Of a stretch of DNA of 64,000 nucleotides, positions 17,838 to 28,349 are shown piece after piece (within the stretch, counting starts at the first letter, position 1; each line of letters starts with the position of its first letter). The notes under the pieces were generated by a model. It was not told where the DNA came from. It did no database searches and worked only from the letters and a program-made list of their open reading frames with translations. The position numbers were made by a program, and so were the translations under genes. Where the stretch lies: positions 3,607 through 67,606 of the forward strand of contig CACNFS010000002.1 of the NCBI GenBank assembly GCA_902619835.1, given 5' to 3'. The stretch is from an uncultured Pelagibacteraceae bacterium (GTDB taxonomy: Bacteria; Pseudomonadota; Alphaproteobacteria; Pelagibacterales; Pelagibacteraceae).

Positions 17838-18143
17838 TTAAAAGCAATTTTTGCTAGTAAACCCAATCACGATATTTCTAGGATTTATCTCAAATTTACG
17901 TTCACACTTAATCTTATACTTTTCAGTTATATAAACGTAATATCTATTTCTAGTGCTTGAAAATTTAATCTTATCAGGCTGACCAAAAAAACTTTTAAGG
18001 TCTTCCTCAGTTTTGTTTAACCATTTACTTAATTCTTGTTTCTCTTTATCAGTCGTATCTTCTATTTTTTTAGATACTGTTTGACAACCATTCATCAAAA
18101 TTAATAATAATGTGCATAAAATTACAAAAAAAAAATTTTTCAT
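17838..18143 (-). CDS. lipoprotein, hypothetical
   Basis: signal peptide with MNGC lipobox. Confidence 0.7.
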   Translation of the reverse strand: MKNFFFVILCTLLLILMNGCQTVSKKIEDTTDKEKQELSKWLNKTEEDLKSFFGQPDKIKFSSTRNRYYVYITEKYKIKCERKFEINPRNIVIGFTSKNCF

Positions 18144-18278
18144 TTTAACCCTTATTTTATAACGAAAAGTTATAAACAGATATATTTACCATTGGTTGAA
18201 TCTCATTAGCTATGCACGAATTAGTTAAGATTTTGAGGCGTATTTAGAGTAAAAAACTTTGAATGGAGGTTTAATTTT

Positions 18279-19589
18279 ATGATGGAAAAATATTTTGAAT
18301 ATAGAAAACATAAAACAAATTTTAAAACAGAGGTAATCGCCGGTGTAACTACTTTTCTTACAATGGCATACATAATGTTTTTAAATCCTTTTATCCTGTC
18401 TGGTGAATTTGCCGGAACAGAAAAAGGTTTTTTTGATTTTGGTGCAGTGTTTACTGCAACAATTTTAGCAACAGCAGTTGCTTGTTTCATAATGGCATTT
18501 CATGGACGTACTTGGCCTATAGGTTTGGCGCCTGGTATGGGTATCAATGCATTTGTTGCTTATGGAGTTGTTGCTGGAATGGGCTACACACCTCAAGCCG
18601 CATTAGGTGCAGTTTTGGTTGCTGGAGTAATTTTCTTGGCAATTTCCCTAACACCTTTACGAGCTTGGTTGATCAATTCAATACCAAAAAGTTTAAAACT
18701 TGGAATAGGTGCTGGGATTGGACTGTTTTTAGCAATCATCGGTCTGGAAATAATGGGAGTAGTAGGTGATCATCCAGTTACGTTAGTAACTCTGGGCGAT
18801 ATCAAAAATCCTTTAGTTCTTCTAGGTTGTTTGGCTTTTGTCTTTATGATCGTTCTTGAAAAAATGAAAATAAGAGGAAACATTATTATAGGTATACTTT
18901 TATTCAGTATAATTGCTTGGGCCACGGGGTTAGCAAAGTTTAATGGTGTAGTTGGATCTATTCCTCCAATGACATACTTGTTTGAATTTGATCTAAAAGC
19001 TGCATTAACAGCCGGTATGGCCTCTATAGTCTTTACTTTATTGTTTATCGACTTTTTTGACACTGCAGGAACATTAACATCTGTTGCTAATGTTGCGGGT
19101 AAAGTAGATAAAAAAGGTAAAGTGCAAGATATAAATAAAGCAATGCTATCTGACAGTGTTGGAACTGTTGCGGGTGCAATGATGGGAACAACAACAGTCA
19201 CAAGTTATGTTGAGTCAGGCGCTGGAGTAAAAGCAGGCGGAAGAACAGGTATGACTTCATTAGTAATTGGAGTCCTGTTTTTAGCGTGTTTGTTCTTTTC
19301 ACCATTAGCCACAAGTCTACCAAAAGAAATTGATGGGGCAGCTTTGTTATACGTGGCTATTTTGTTTGTTAGAAACATAACTGATATTGAGTGGAATGAT
19401 ATAGCAGAGTCTGGGCCGGCAGTTGTAGCTATGATAACTATGCCATTAACTTACAGTATTAGCAATGGTATAGCCCTTGCATTTATCTCTTATGCTTTAA
19501 TTCAAATATTTACTGGAAAATTTGGGAAAACTTCACCAGCTATTTGGGTAATTGCAGTATTCAGCGTAATAAGTTTTTACGTAGCTTAG
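18279..19589 (+). CDS. NCS2/AzgA-family nucleobase (purine) permease
   Basis: AGVTTFLTMAYI, APGMG, FFDTAGT and YVESGAGV motifs. Confidence 0.92.
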   Translation: MMEKYFEYRKHKTNFKTEVIAGVTTFLTMAYIMFLNPFILSGEFAGTEKGFFDFGAVFTATILATAVACFIMAFHGRTWPIGLAPGMGINAFVAYGVVAGMGYTPQAALGAVLVAGVIFLAISLTPLRAWLINSIPKSLKLGIGAGIGLFLAIIGLEIMGVVGDHPVTLVTLGDIKNPLVLLGCLAFVFMIVLEKMKIRGNIIIGILLFSIIAWATGLAKFNGVVGSIPPMTYLFEFDLKAALTAGMASIVFTLLFIDFFDTAGTLTSVANVAGKVDKKGKVQDINKAMLSDSVGTVAGAMMGTTTVTSYVESGAGVKAGGRTGMTSLVIGVLFLACLFFSPLATSLPKEIDGAALLYVAILFVRNITDIEWNDIAESGPAVVAMITMPLTYSISNGIALAFISYALIQIFTGKFGKTSPAIWVIAVFSVISFYVA

Positions 19590-19598
19590 AATTTTTTG

Positions 19599-19618
19599 GG
19601 GCCAGATAATCCTGGCCC
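19599..19618. terminator. terminator hairpin between convergent genes
   Basis: GGGCCAG-ataatc-CTGGCCC. Confidence 0.65.
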
Positions 19619-20146
19619 TTAATTCTTCTGATGCTTCTTAATTAATTCTTCAATTCTAATTTCTTCATAATGTTCAAACGGCTGGACAATCCAAGGATTG
19701 CTTTCCAATCTTTGCGCACAAAAATCAGGTTCGAAGATAGAGTCTTTTTTCTTCCATAAAACAGCTGTTTTAATTTCTTTTATTTTTCCTTTAAGAGGTG
19801 GATATTTTTTTAACCAATCGATACTTTTATTTAACGTTATCCCGGTATCAGATAAATCATCACATAATAAAATATTACCGCTCATCTCTTGAACTGTAGA
19901 GCTCATTTCTCTAGAAAAAACTAAATCCCCTTGTTTGTCTTCTACGCCTTCTCCAGAATAGGATTCTACCGCTAAATAGGCGCATTTTAATTTATATACT
20001 CGGCTCAATACATCAATAATCGGTGCTCCTCCTCTCATGATTCCAATTAGTAAATTGGGTTTAAAACCACTTTTAAAAATCTGAATTGCTAGTTTTTCTA
20101 CGATTTGATTGTACTCTTTCCAATCAATGATAAGTTTATCTGCCAT
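19619..20146 (-). CDS. type I phosphoribosyltransferase (xanthine/guanine PRT-like)
   Basis: MRGG, ILLCDDLSDTGITL PRPP motif and WIVQPFE. Confidence 0.85.
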   Translation of the reverse strand: MADKLIIDWKEYNQIVEKLAIQIFKSGFKPNLLIGIMRGGAPIIDVLSRVYKLKCAYLAVESYSGEGVEDKQGDLVFSREMSSTVQEMSGNILLCDDLSDTGITLNKSIDWLKKYPPLKGKIKEIKTAVLWKKKDSIFEPDFCAQRLESNPWIVQPFEHYEEIRIEELIKKHQKN

Positions 20147-20179
20147 GAAGAAAGCTAAATTATTTTAAAGGAGTTGTAA

Positions 20180-20467
20180 ATGAAAGGATATGTAGTTTGT
20201 GTTTATAAAAATATAGCTAATGAACAAAAGTTAAAAGAATATGCAATTAAAGCTAGAGCAGCAGTTGAAAAATATAAGGGAAAATTTTTAATTAGGGGCG
20301 GTAGATCAACATCTAATGAAGGTGAAAAATCTCCTAGAACAGTTGTAATTGAGTTCCCATCTTATGATGAAGCTAATAAATTTTATAGGTCTAAAGAATA
20401 TCAAAATGCGCATTCTATTCTCAAGGATAATGCTGAGCGGCAGCATCAAACAATAGAGGGTGTTTAA
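20180..20467 (+). CDS. DUF1330 family protein
   Basis: GKFLIRGG...EG...RTVVIEFPS...FY.S.EYQ motif. Confidence 0.85.
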   Translation: MKGYVVCVYKNIANEQKLKEYAIKARAAVEKYKGKFLIRGGRSTSNEGEKSPRTVVIEFPSYDEANKFYRSKEYQNAHSILKDNAERQHQTIEGV

Positions 20468-21087
20468 TACTGTATTGGTTCATCGTCAATTGATCTCCAA
20501 AGATACCATGTTGCCACTGAACAATAGGGAGAGAACTTTTTATAAAGTTTGTTTAAAAATGTCTTAGGAGGAAAATATTTTTTTTTATAATTATTCGAAA
20601 TTGCTCTTAGCAATCCTATATCTTGCAGCGGCCAAATATTTGATCTATTAAAAGTAAAAAGTAGAATCATTTCTGCTGACCACCTGCCAATTTGTCTTAA
20701 ATTAGATAAATATTCGATCGCCTCTTCATCATTCATTTTTTTTATCAAATGAGGTTTAAATTCATTTTTAATAATTTTTTTTGCTAAATCTTTAATGCCT
20801 CTTACTTTTTGCCTGCTTAATCCGCATTTTTTTAAAGTTTGAAAAGATAGTTTATTAACGTTTTTAGGATTAATTTTTCCTTTGCAACTTTTCTCAAATT
20901 TTGAAAAAACTGAATTTGCTGCTGCAACACTTATTTGCTGACCTATAATACTTTTGCAGAGAGAATAAAAAATATCACTTCGTGTTATAAGAGTTCCGTC
21001 TTTATATGAATTGATTAATTTTTTCATAACTTTATCTTTTTTTGATAAAGTGGATTTTGCTTTATTCCAATAACTTGGTTTTCTCAT
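20464..21087 (-). CDS. DNA-3-methyladenine glycosylase II (AlkA, HhH-GPD)
   Basis: SIIGQQIS, IGRWSAEM, P..DIGL and WYLWRS motifs. Confidence 0.9.
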   Translation of the reverse strand: MRKPSYWNKAKSTLSKKDKVMKKLINSYKDGTLITRSDIFYSLCKSIIGQQISVAAANSVFSKFEKSCKGKINPKNVNKLSFQTLKKCGLSRQKVRGIKDLAKKIIKNEFKPHLIKKMNDEEAIEYLSNLRQIGRWSAEMILLFTFNRSNIWPLQDIGLLRAISNNYKKKYFPPKTFLNKLYKKFSPYCSVATWYLWRSIDDEPIQY

Positions 21088-21965
21088 GCTCTAGGATTAA
21101 CTATTTGCTTTTTAAGTTGAGACTCTCTTACAAATATTATTAATGAGCTAGCAATGACTAATAGTGCGCCAAATAATGTTAAAATCTTAGGAACTTCACT
21201 CCAAATTAAAAATCCAAATACAATTGCAAACACAAGACTTAAATATTTAATTGGTGTAACTAATGATGCCTCAGCTAGTCTATAACTTTGCGTTAAAAGA
21301 AGATTCGCTATACTTCCACATAAGCCCATGATTGTAAAAATAATAAAATCTATTAATGTTGGCATTTTCCACTCCACAAAAAATATGGTTCCAAGACCAA
21401 TTAAAGTACAAAGAAAAGTAAAATAAAACGCAATTGTGTAGTTAGGCTCAGTTTTTGATAAAGACCTTACACTAATTGCTACACACGCAAAGAAAACGCA
21501 AAAAACTATTGGGGTTATATAAAAATAATTTAAATCTATAAAAGCAGGCTGCACTATCAATAACATTCCAATAAAACCTAAAAATACAGCAGACCACCTC
21601 TTAATTCCAACTTTTTCAGATAAAAAGAAGATAGAGGCTACAGTAACAAATATTGGTCCTCCAAAAGTTAATGAAACAACGTCAGCCAATGGCAATTCTC
21701 TTAATCCTATAAATAATGCAATGATTGCTGCTGCTCCTGAAATAGCACGGAACGCATGAAGGCCAGGCCTTGATGTTTTATAAAAACTAAATAACTTATC
21801 TTTGGGTATGATAAAAAAAATTGGAATGAACCCAATAAAGAATCTTAAAAATAAAACTTGTCCAACAGGATAGTAATCAAGCCATTTCACGCAAATATCC
21901 ATTATAGAAAAGCAGATAACGCTTCCTACCATGTACAATACGCCTATTTGATTTTGTGTTAACAA
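21084..21965 (-). CDS. DMT/EamA family transporter
   Basis: about ten hydrophobic helices in two EamA-like repeats. Confidence 0.85.
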   Translation of the reverse strand: MLTQNQIGVLYMVGSVICFSIMDICVKWLDYYPVGQVLFLRFFIGFIPIFFIIPKDKLFSFYKTSRPGLHAFRAISGAAAIIALFIGLRELPLADVVSLTFGGPIFVTVASIFFLSEKVGIKRWSAVFLGFIGMLLIVQPAFIDLNYFYITPIVFCVFFACVAISVRSLSKTEPNYTIAFYFTFLCTLIGLGTIFFVEWKMPTLIDFIIFTIMGLCGSIANLLLTQSYRLAEASLVTPIKYLSLVFAIVFGFLIWSEVPKILTLFGALLVIASSLIIFVRESQLKKQIVNPRA

Positions 21966-22004
21966 TTTACTATCCTTTGTTATTCAAAATATATTAAATA
22001 ATTT

Positions 22005-22451
22005 ATGCAAAAAATCACGCTTGGTCTAGGCTGTTTCTGGGGTCCAGAGGAGAGTTTTAAGAGTAAACCAGGAATAATAGAAACTGAAGTTGGATATGCT
22101 GGTGGAACTAGCGCTAAAGTAACTTATGAAGAAGTGTGTACTGGTGCCACAGGACATGCTGAAGTAGTAAGGCTTACTTTTGATGAAAATGTAATTTCAT
22201 TTAAAAAAATATTAGATTTATTTTTTAAAATGCACGACCCAACACAAAAAGATATGCAATATCCAGATGTTGGAACCCAATACAGAAGTGAGATTTTTTA
22301 TGAGACTGAAAACCAAAAACAAGAAGCTTTTGAAGTTTTGGACGAGTTTAATAAAAAATTAGATGGAAAAATTCAAACAAATATTTCAAAAATTAAAAAT
22401 TATTGTAAAGCTGAAGAATATCATCAAAAATATATTGAAAAAAACAGATGA
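22005..22451 (+). CDS. msrA: peptide methionine sulfoxide reductase A
   Basis: GCFWG, GYAGG, TGHAE, QYRS and AEEYHQKY motifs. Confidence 0.95.
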   Translation: MQKITLGLGCFWGPEESFKSKPGIIETEVGYAGGTSAKVTYEEVCTGATGHAEVVRLTFDENVISFKKILDLFFKMHDPTQKDMQYPDVGTQYRSEIFYETENQKQEAFEVLDEFNKKLDGKIQTNISKIKNYCKAEEYHQKYIEKNR

Positions 22452-23263
22452 TGAATCAATTAGTAACTACAGATTGGTTAGATAAGAATATAGAAAGAGT
22501 CAAAATTCTAGATGCTAGTTGGCATCTTCCGAATGCAAATAGAAATTCTTATGAAGAGTATAAATCGGAACATATTATTAATTCTTTTTTTTTTGATATA
22601 GATAAAAATTCAAACCAAAAGACTAATCTACCACATATGCTTCCATCTAAAGAAGAATGGGAACGAATTATATCTGATCTAGGAATATTTAATTCAGATC
22701 ACGTAATTATCTATGACAATTCAGACGTTTTTAGTTCTTGTAGGGTATGGTACACTTTTTTATATTTTGGTCATGACCCAAAACTAGTCTCAGTATTAGA
22801 TGGAGGTTTTCAAAAATGGAAAAATGAAAAACGTCAAACTACAAAAGAAATTGTCAGTAATGAAAAATCTAAATATGTCGCAACTGAAAATACGTCACTT
22901 GTAATAAATAAAAATGAAGTAAACAAAAATATTTCTCAAAAAAAATTTCAATTGCTGGACGCAAGAGGAGAGCAAAGATTTTTGGGCCTACAGCCTGAAC
23001 CGAGAAAAGAACTAAAGAGTGGAAATATTAAAGGATCAATAAATCTGCCTTTCCAAAATCTTTTAGAAGAAGATAGAACTTTTAAAAAAAAGAATGAATT
23101 AATTGAAATTTTTAGAGCAAAAAAAGTTTCTGTTGAAAAAGACATGGCTTTTACATGTGGTTCTGGTGTTACTGCTTGTATTTTAGGTCTAGCTAATTCT
23201 ATTATAAGTGGTAAAAAACCTGTTATCTACGACGGTTCATGGGCAGAATACGGATTAGACTAA
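22448..23263 (+). CDS. sseA: 3-mercaptopyruvate/thiosulfate sulfurtransferase (double rhodanese)
   Basis: LPHMLP, CGSGVTAC and YDGSWAEY motifs. Confidence 0.88.
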   Translation: MMNQLVTTDWLDKNIERVKILDASWHLPNANRNSYEEYKSEHIINSFFFDIDKNSNQKTNLPHMLPSKEEWERIISDLGIFNSDHVIIYDNSDVFSSCRVWYTFLYFGHDPKLVSVLDGGFQKWKNEKRQTTKEIVSNEKSKYVATENTSLVINKNEVNKNISQKKFQLLDARGEQRFLGLQPEPRKELKSGNIKGSINLPFQNLLEEDRTFKKKNELIEIFRAKKVSVEKDMAFTCGSGVTACILGLANSIISGKKPVIYDGSWAEYGLD

Positions 23264-23267
23264 AAAT

Positions 23268-24140
23268 ATGAAAACTTCTTCAAAAATTAAAGCTTTCTTA
23301 ATAATTTTTTTTATAGCAATTTTTGGGATTATTGCAGCTAGACATTTTATAGGTCTTCATTTTGAAAAAAAGTTTAGTGTAAGACCGGCTCCAGGCGTAA
23401 TTGTTTCTACAGTTGAAAAATCGCTTTTTTATAAAAGTATTGAAACTTTTGGTACTGCAATTGCTCAGAACTCAAAAGCCTATAGAGTTCAAGCAAGCAA
23501 TATCAATGGTAAGCTTAATTTAGAAAATAGATTTGTAAAAAAAGGTGAAATAATCCTTACCTTAAAAGATGGAGAAAAATTAGTAGCAGATTTTGCAGGT
23601 AAAGTAGGAAAGAGGGAAATAGCTCAAGGTGTTTTAGGTTCAGAAAGTTTAATTATTACTCTAGATGATCTTAAAAATATCATAATAGACATTAAAGTGC
23701 CTGAGAATTATGTAGGCGTTCTTAAAACAGGACTTAAAGCTGAAATTACTAGTTCTGCTAATAAAAAGGTTTTTAAAGGAAAGATAGAAACGATAAGTTC
23801 TCGTATTGACCCCTCTACTAGATCAATTCTTTCAAGAATAATAGTGGATAATTCAAACTTTGAAATTATTCCTGGTCAATTAATGACTGTAAAAATTATC
23901 TACGATGAAAAGAACCAAATTGGTGTACCAGAAAGTGCGGTCACAATTCAGGGAAATACTGCATTTGTCTATACAGTGAATGACGATACTGCTGAAAAAA
24001 AGGATATTAAAATTGGTAAAAGAAATTTTGGTAAAGTTTCAGTTATATCAGGAATAAACGAAGGTGATATTGTTATTAGTGAGGGAGTTTCTAAAGTACG
24101 AGATAAGGGTAAAATTAAGATTATTACATCAGCCAGATAA
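23268..24140 (+). CDS. RND efflux periplasmic adaptor subunit
   Basis: N-terminal anchor; VPE, RIDP.TR and PGQ motifs; adjacent to the RND permease. Confidence 0.85.
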   Translation: MKTSSKIKAFLIIFFIAIFGIIAARHFIGLHFEKKFSVRPAPGVIVSTVEKSLFYKSIETFGTAIAQNSKAYRVQASNINGKLNLENRFVKKGEIILTLKDGEKLVADFAGKVGKREIAQGVLGSESLIITLDDLKNIIIDIKVPENYVGVLKTGLKAEITSSANKKVFKGKIETISSRIDPSTRSILSRIIVDNSNFEIIPGQLMTVKIIYDEKNQIGVPESAVTIQGNTAFVYTVNDDTAEKKDIKIGKRNFGKVSVISGINEGDIVISEGVSKVRDKGKIKIITSAR

Positions 24141-27100
24141 ATGTTTTTAACTGACCTTTCAATCAAAAGACCTGTTGTAGCCTCAGTAATGAGTTTGGTT
24201 TTAGTTATATTTGGTTTAGTTACTTTTCAAGAAATTCCAACAGATGAATTACCAGATGTTCAGCCCCCTGTTGTTACAATTCAAACAGAATATAGAGGCG
24301 CCTCGGCTGAAATAATCGATACTCAAATCACACAAAAAATTGAGGATTTCGTTGGAGGAACCCCGGGTTTAGAGACAATTGACTCTTTCAGTGAAGATGA
24401 AAGCTCAAGAATTACTCTAACTTTTGAAACTGATTTAGATTTAGATGACGTAGCAAATGATGTTAGAAGCTCTGTATCTAGAGTTTTAGATAATTTACCT
24501 GAAGGAGCTGAGCAACCAGAAATATTTAAACAAAGTGCAGGTATGCGAACAACAATGTGGTTGTCTTTCAACTCTGAAACTATGTCGGACTTAGAGCTCA
24601 CTGACTATGCAGATAGATATTTAACAGATACATTTTCAACAGTTGATGGAGTAGGCAGAGTAAGGCTTGGTGGTCAAAGAGAGTTGTCGCTAAGGATTTG
24701 GTTAGACCCGATCGCTCTTGCTGCAAGGGATTTAACCACTGATGAAGTAGAAAATGTACTAAGAAGAGAAAACGTTGAATTTCCAGCTGGCAGGATAGAA
24801 TCAAAAGATATTGATCTAACGATTAAACTTAATAAAGCTTATAGTAATTTAGAAAATTATAAAAATTTACCTCTTAAAAGAGCAGCGGACGGATCAATTA
24901 TTACCCTCTCTGATGTAGCGAGAGTGGAGCTTGGAGCAGAGTCGACTCGTACTTTATTTAAAGGTAATGGGAAGCAGGTAGTAGGTATAGGAATTTATCA
25001 ACAATCAGATGCAAATACTATTGCTGTTGCAGATGGGATAAAAAAGAAAATAAAAGAAATTAAACCTAGCCTTCCTCCAAACACAACTCTTGAAGTTTCA
25101 TTTGATAGAAGTAATTATATAAAGTCTGCAATAAAGGAAGTTTACAAAACGCTTTTTATCGCTCTAATTTTGGTAACTATAATAATTTATTTATTTTTAG
25201 GTAATATCAGAGCATTAGTTGTTCCTTTAGTTGCTTTACCTGTATCATTAATTTCCACTTTTTTAGCAATTTATATTTTTGATTTTTCAATCAATCTCTT
25301 TACTCTAATGGCTTTAGTATTGGCAATCGGAATCGTTGTTGACGATGCGATTGTAATGTTGGAAAATATTGTAAGAAGAATTGAGTTAGGTGATACTCCC
25401 CTTGTTGCTGCATACAAAGGAGCTAAACAAGTTTCATTTGCAATTATTGCTACGACGGTAGTTTTGGTTGCAGTGTTTGTACCTTTAATTTTCATTAAAG
25501 GTATTACAGGCGTGCTATTCACTCAAACAGCAATAACGCTTGCCTCAGCAGTTATTATTTCAAGTTTTGTTGCTTTGTCTTTGAGTCCAATGTTAGCTAG
25601 CAAATTTCTCAAACAAAATATGAATAAATCAAAAATAGTTTCGAAATTTGAAAAATTTTTAAAAAATCTTACTTATGTTTATAAAATTTCCTTACTAGGA
25701 TGGATAAAGAAAAGGACAACTATTACTATCTTTTTAATTTCTACATTAGCTTTAACTCTTTTCTTTTTTAATTTTATAAAGAAAGAATTAATTGCTCCAG
25801 AAGATAGAGGCGCATTCTTCGTAATTGTAAAAGCTCCTCAAGGTTCTGGTTTTAACTTTACTAAAGATAGAGCTGAAGAGATCGAAAAATTATTATTACC
25901 AAGTGTAGGAAAAGGAGAATATAGAAAATTAATTATGAGAGTGCCAGGTTTTGGTAAGTCTGCAAAACAAGTTAATAGTGGTTTTATTATAGTCCTACTT
26001 GAACCTTGGAAAAAAAGAGACCGTCATGGTGTGCAAATAATGAGGGAGTCTTTCGGAAAGATTTCAAAAGTACCGGGGGTTTTAGCTTTTCCAATTATGC
26101 CTCAAGGGATAAGAACAGGAGGAATTGAGAGCCCTGTGCAATTTGTTGTTTTAGGAAATACTTATGATCAGCTGATTGAATGGAAAGAAATTATTAAAAA
26201 AGAGGCAAAAAAAAATCCAGGTCTTACTTCAATAGAAGATGATTTTGATCTAAACAAACCTCAATTAAATGTTAAAATAGATCAAAAGAAAGCTGCTGAC
26301 CTAGGGGTTTCGACAGAAGATATAGGTAAAACAATTGAAACTATTTTTGGATCAAGAAGAGTTACTAACTTTACAAAAGACGGTAAAGAATACTCTATTA
26401 TCTTACAAGGAGATATTAAAGATAGGCAAGAACCTGATAGCATTAGTAAAGTTTTTGTAAGATCAAAAAATAATAATAAACTTGTTTCAATCTCAAACTT
26501 GGTTGCATATGATGAGGAGGGTCAATCACCTTTTCTTGCAAGATATAATAGGCAAAAAGCTGTAACGATTTCAGCTAGGTTAGTTGGTGATTATTCGCTA
26601 GATGAGGCACTAAAATTTTTAGTAGAAGTTGTTGAGCAAAACACCCCTCAAGCTAAGATAGCTTATAAAGGTGAGAGTGAAGAGTATAAAAAAACTAATA
26701 CTGAGTTATATGTAATTTTTGCTCTTGCTTTAATAACTGCTTATCTTGCAATGAGCGCTCAATTTGAGAGTTGGAAACATCCATTTACTATCATGCTCAC
26801 TGTACCAATGGCTATTCTTGGAGGCTTGCTAGGTTTACTTGTAGTCGGTTCATCTTTAAACGTTTACAGTCAAATAGCTCTGATAATTCTAATAGGATTA
26901 TCTGCTAAAAATGGAATTCTAATTGTTGAGTTTGCAAACCAATTAAGAAAAGAAGGAAAAAATTTAGAAATAGCAGTATTCGAGGCTGCAGCAATAAGAT
27001 TAAGACCAATACTTATGACAAGTTTATCAACAATTATTGGGGTATTGCCTTTAATTATCGGAACTGGTCCAGGCGCAGCCAGCAGGCTCACAGTTGGGAT

Positions 27101-27236
27101 AACAATTTTTGGTGGAATGCTTTTTTCTACTTTCTTTACACTTTATGTAATTCCGACGATTTATACAATTATTGGAAAAAATACAAAAAGGATTGATGCA
27201 GTAGAAATTGATCTAAATAAACAGCTTAAAAAATGA
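24141..27236 (+). CDS. RND efflux permease (AcrB/MdtB-like)
   Basis: 1031 aa; IKRPV, GIVVDDAIVMLENI, KNGILIVE and RLRPILMT motifs. Confidence 0.95.
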   Translation: MFLTDLSIKRPVVASVMSLVLVIFGLVTFQEIPTDELPDVQPPVVTIQTEYRGASAEIIDTQITQKIEDFVGGTPGLETIDSFSEDESSRITLTFETDLDLDDVANDVRSSVSRVLDNLPEGAEQPEIFKQSAGMRTTMWLSFNSETMSDLELTDYADRYLTDTFSTVDGVGRVRLGGQRELSLRIWLDPIALAARDLTTDEVENVLRRENVEFPAGRIESKDIDLTIKLNKAYSNLENYKNLPLKRAADGSIITLSDVARVELGAESTRTLFKGNGKQVVGIGIYQQSDANTIAVADGIKKKIKEIKPSLPPNTTLEVSFDRSNYIKSAIKEVYKTLFIALILVTIIIYLFLGNIRALVVPLVALPVSLISTFLAIYIFDFSINLFTLMALVLAIGIVVDDAIVMLENIVRRIELGDTPLVAAYKGAKQVSFAIIATTVVLVAVFVPLIFIKGITGVLFTQTAITLASAVIISSFVALSLSPMLASKFLKQNMNKSKIVSKFEKFLKNLTYVYKISLLGWIKKRTTITIFLISTLALTLFFFNFIKKELIAPEDRGAFFVIVKAPQGSGFNFTKDRAEEIEKLLLPSVGKGEYRKLIMRVPGFGKSAKQVNSGFIIVLLEPWKKRDRHGVQIMRESFGKISKVPGVLAFPIMPQGIRTGGIESPVQFVVLGNTYDQLIEWKEIIKKEAKKNPGLTSIEDDFDLNKPQLNVKIDQKKAADLGVSTEDIGKTIETIFGSRRVTNFTKDGKEYSIILQGDIKDRQEPDSISKVFVRSKNNNKLVSISNLVAYDEEGQSPFLARYNRQKAVTISARLVGDYSLDEALKFLVEVVEQNTPQAKIAYKGESEEYKKTNTELYVIFALALITAYLAMSAQFESWKHPFTIMLTVPMAILGGLLGLLVVGSSLNVYSQIALIILIGLSAKNGILIVEFANQLRKEGKNLEIAVFEAAAIRLRPILMTSLSTIIGVLPLIIGTGPGAASRLTVGITIFGGMLFSTFFTLYVIPTIYTIIGKNTKRIDAVEIDLNKQLKK

Positions 27237-27825
27237 TATATTTATTTTTATCTAAATTTTTCTTACATAGTGTTAATTGTTTTCTATATTTGTTTGCCAT
27301 ATCCTTTACTGATTTTGCATAGATAATAGCTTTCTTGTCTTTTGAATAATTTTTATAATCACCCCAGCCTTTGTAATAAGCTAAGTACTGTTTATATGGA
27401 TCATTCTTAGAAATTTTTAAAATTTTATTAGTTTTATGAATATACCAACCAATAAAATCAACGGAATCTTTAAATCTTGCTCTCGTTGCCAATGGACTAT
27501 TAGTTTCTCTTTTATATTGTTCCCATGTTCCTTTGACTGCTTGAGAGTATCCAAATGAAGTTGAAGGTCTCTTGAAAGGAATAACTTTAAATAATCTTTT
27601 TCGTGGTGGCTTAGCTAGCCAATCAAAATCGCTTTCTTTTTTAACAAATGCTAGTTGTAAATGAATAGGAGCTCCCCATTTTTTATATGATGCTTTTGCA
27701 TGCTTGTACCAAAGATATCTCTCCTCAAAAATTGCACAACTATTTTGGGTATTTTTAGGAATAGAAGAACAAGCGCTTACTATAATTAAAATAGCAAATA
27801 ATAAAATTTTTTTTAAATGAATCAC
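27226..27825 (-). CDS. lipoprotein, transglycosylase SLT-like
   Basis: VSAC lipobox; ESDF...AKPPR, GYSQA..TW and YLAYY.GW motifs. Confidence 0.75.
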   Translation of the reverse strand: MIHLKKILLFAILIIVSACSSIPKNTQNSCAIFEERYLWYKHAKASYKKWGAPIHLQLAFVKKESDFDWLAKPPRKRLFKVIPFKRPSTSFGYSQAVKGTWEQYKRETNSPLATRARFKDSVDFIGWYIHKTNKILKISKNDPYKQYLAYYKGWGDYKNYSKDKKAIIYAKSVKDMANKYRKQLTLCKKNLDKNKYIIF

Positions 27826-27845
27826 TTACTAATTTATACTAAAAA

Positions 27846-28349
27846 TTAGTTAAGCTTTCTCCACTTTTCTGGCATTATAAAAGATCCTTGCCACACACCA
27901 AGTTTGTTTTCTTTTGCATAAATTTCGTCTCTAACATAATCTTTCGAATATCTTATATAAGCTACTGCATTACCAGTCCTTACCATCCACTTGTTGAGAT
28001 TAATTTTATCCAAATAACAAGTGGCCAAAAATCTTTTGTATCTATCTTTTGATGAAGTTATACATTTTATTTTTGATTTATTAATTTTATCTATTAATTT
28101 TTTTTTTGCTATTTCGCCACATGAATAATTTTTGTTAAATTCAAAACCAATTATTGCTGAAATTTTTAAAAATGGTTTTTTACATCGTTGTTTAATTTCA
28201 GGGGAGTCGATTCCCTCTAATCTTATTTTTTTAGTATTAATGTGTACAGTATCGCCGTCAATTATTTTTGGCACCCCATAAATTTCTGTTCCGTTAAGCG
28301 TTTGGGCTAAGAAAAACGTAATGATAAATATTAAAAATTTTTTTGCCAT
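27846..28349 (-). CDS. thermonuclease (SNase-like) family protein
   Basis: IDGDT, IRLEGIDSPE, DRYKR.LA and AK...LGVW motifs. Confidence 0.9.
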   Translation of the reverse strand: MAKKFLIFIITFFLAQTLNGTEIYGVPKIIDGDTVHINTKKIRLEGIDSPEIKQRCKKPFLKISAIIGFEFNKNYSCGEIAKKKLIDKINKSKIKCITSSKDRYKRFLATCYLDKINLNKWMVRTGNAVAYIRYSKDYVRDEIYAKENKLGVWQGSFIMPEKWRKLN

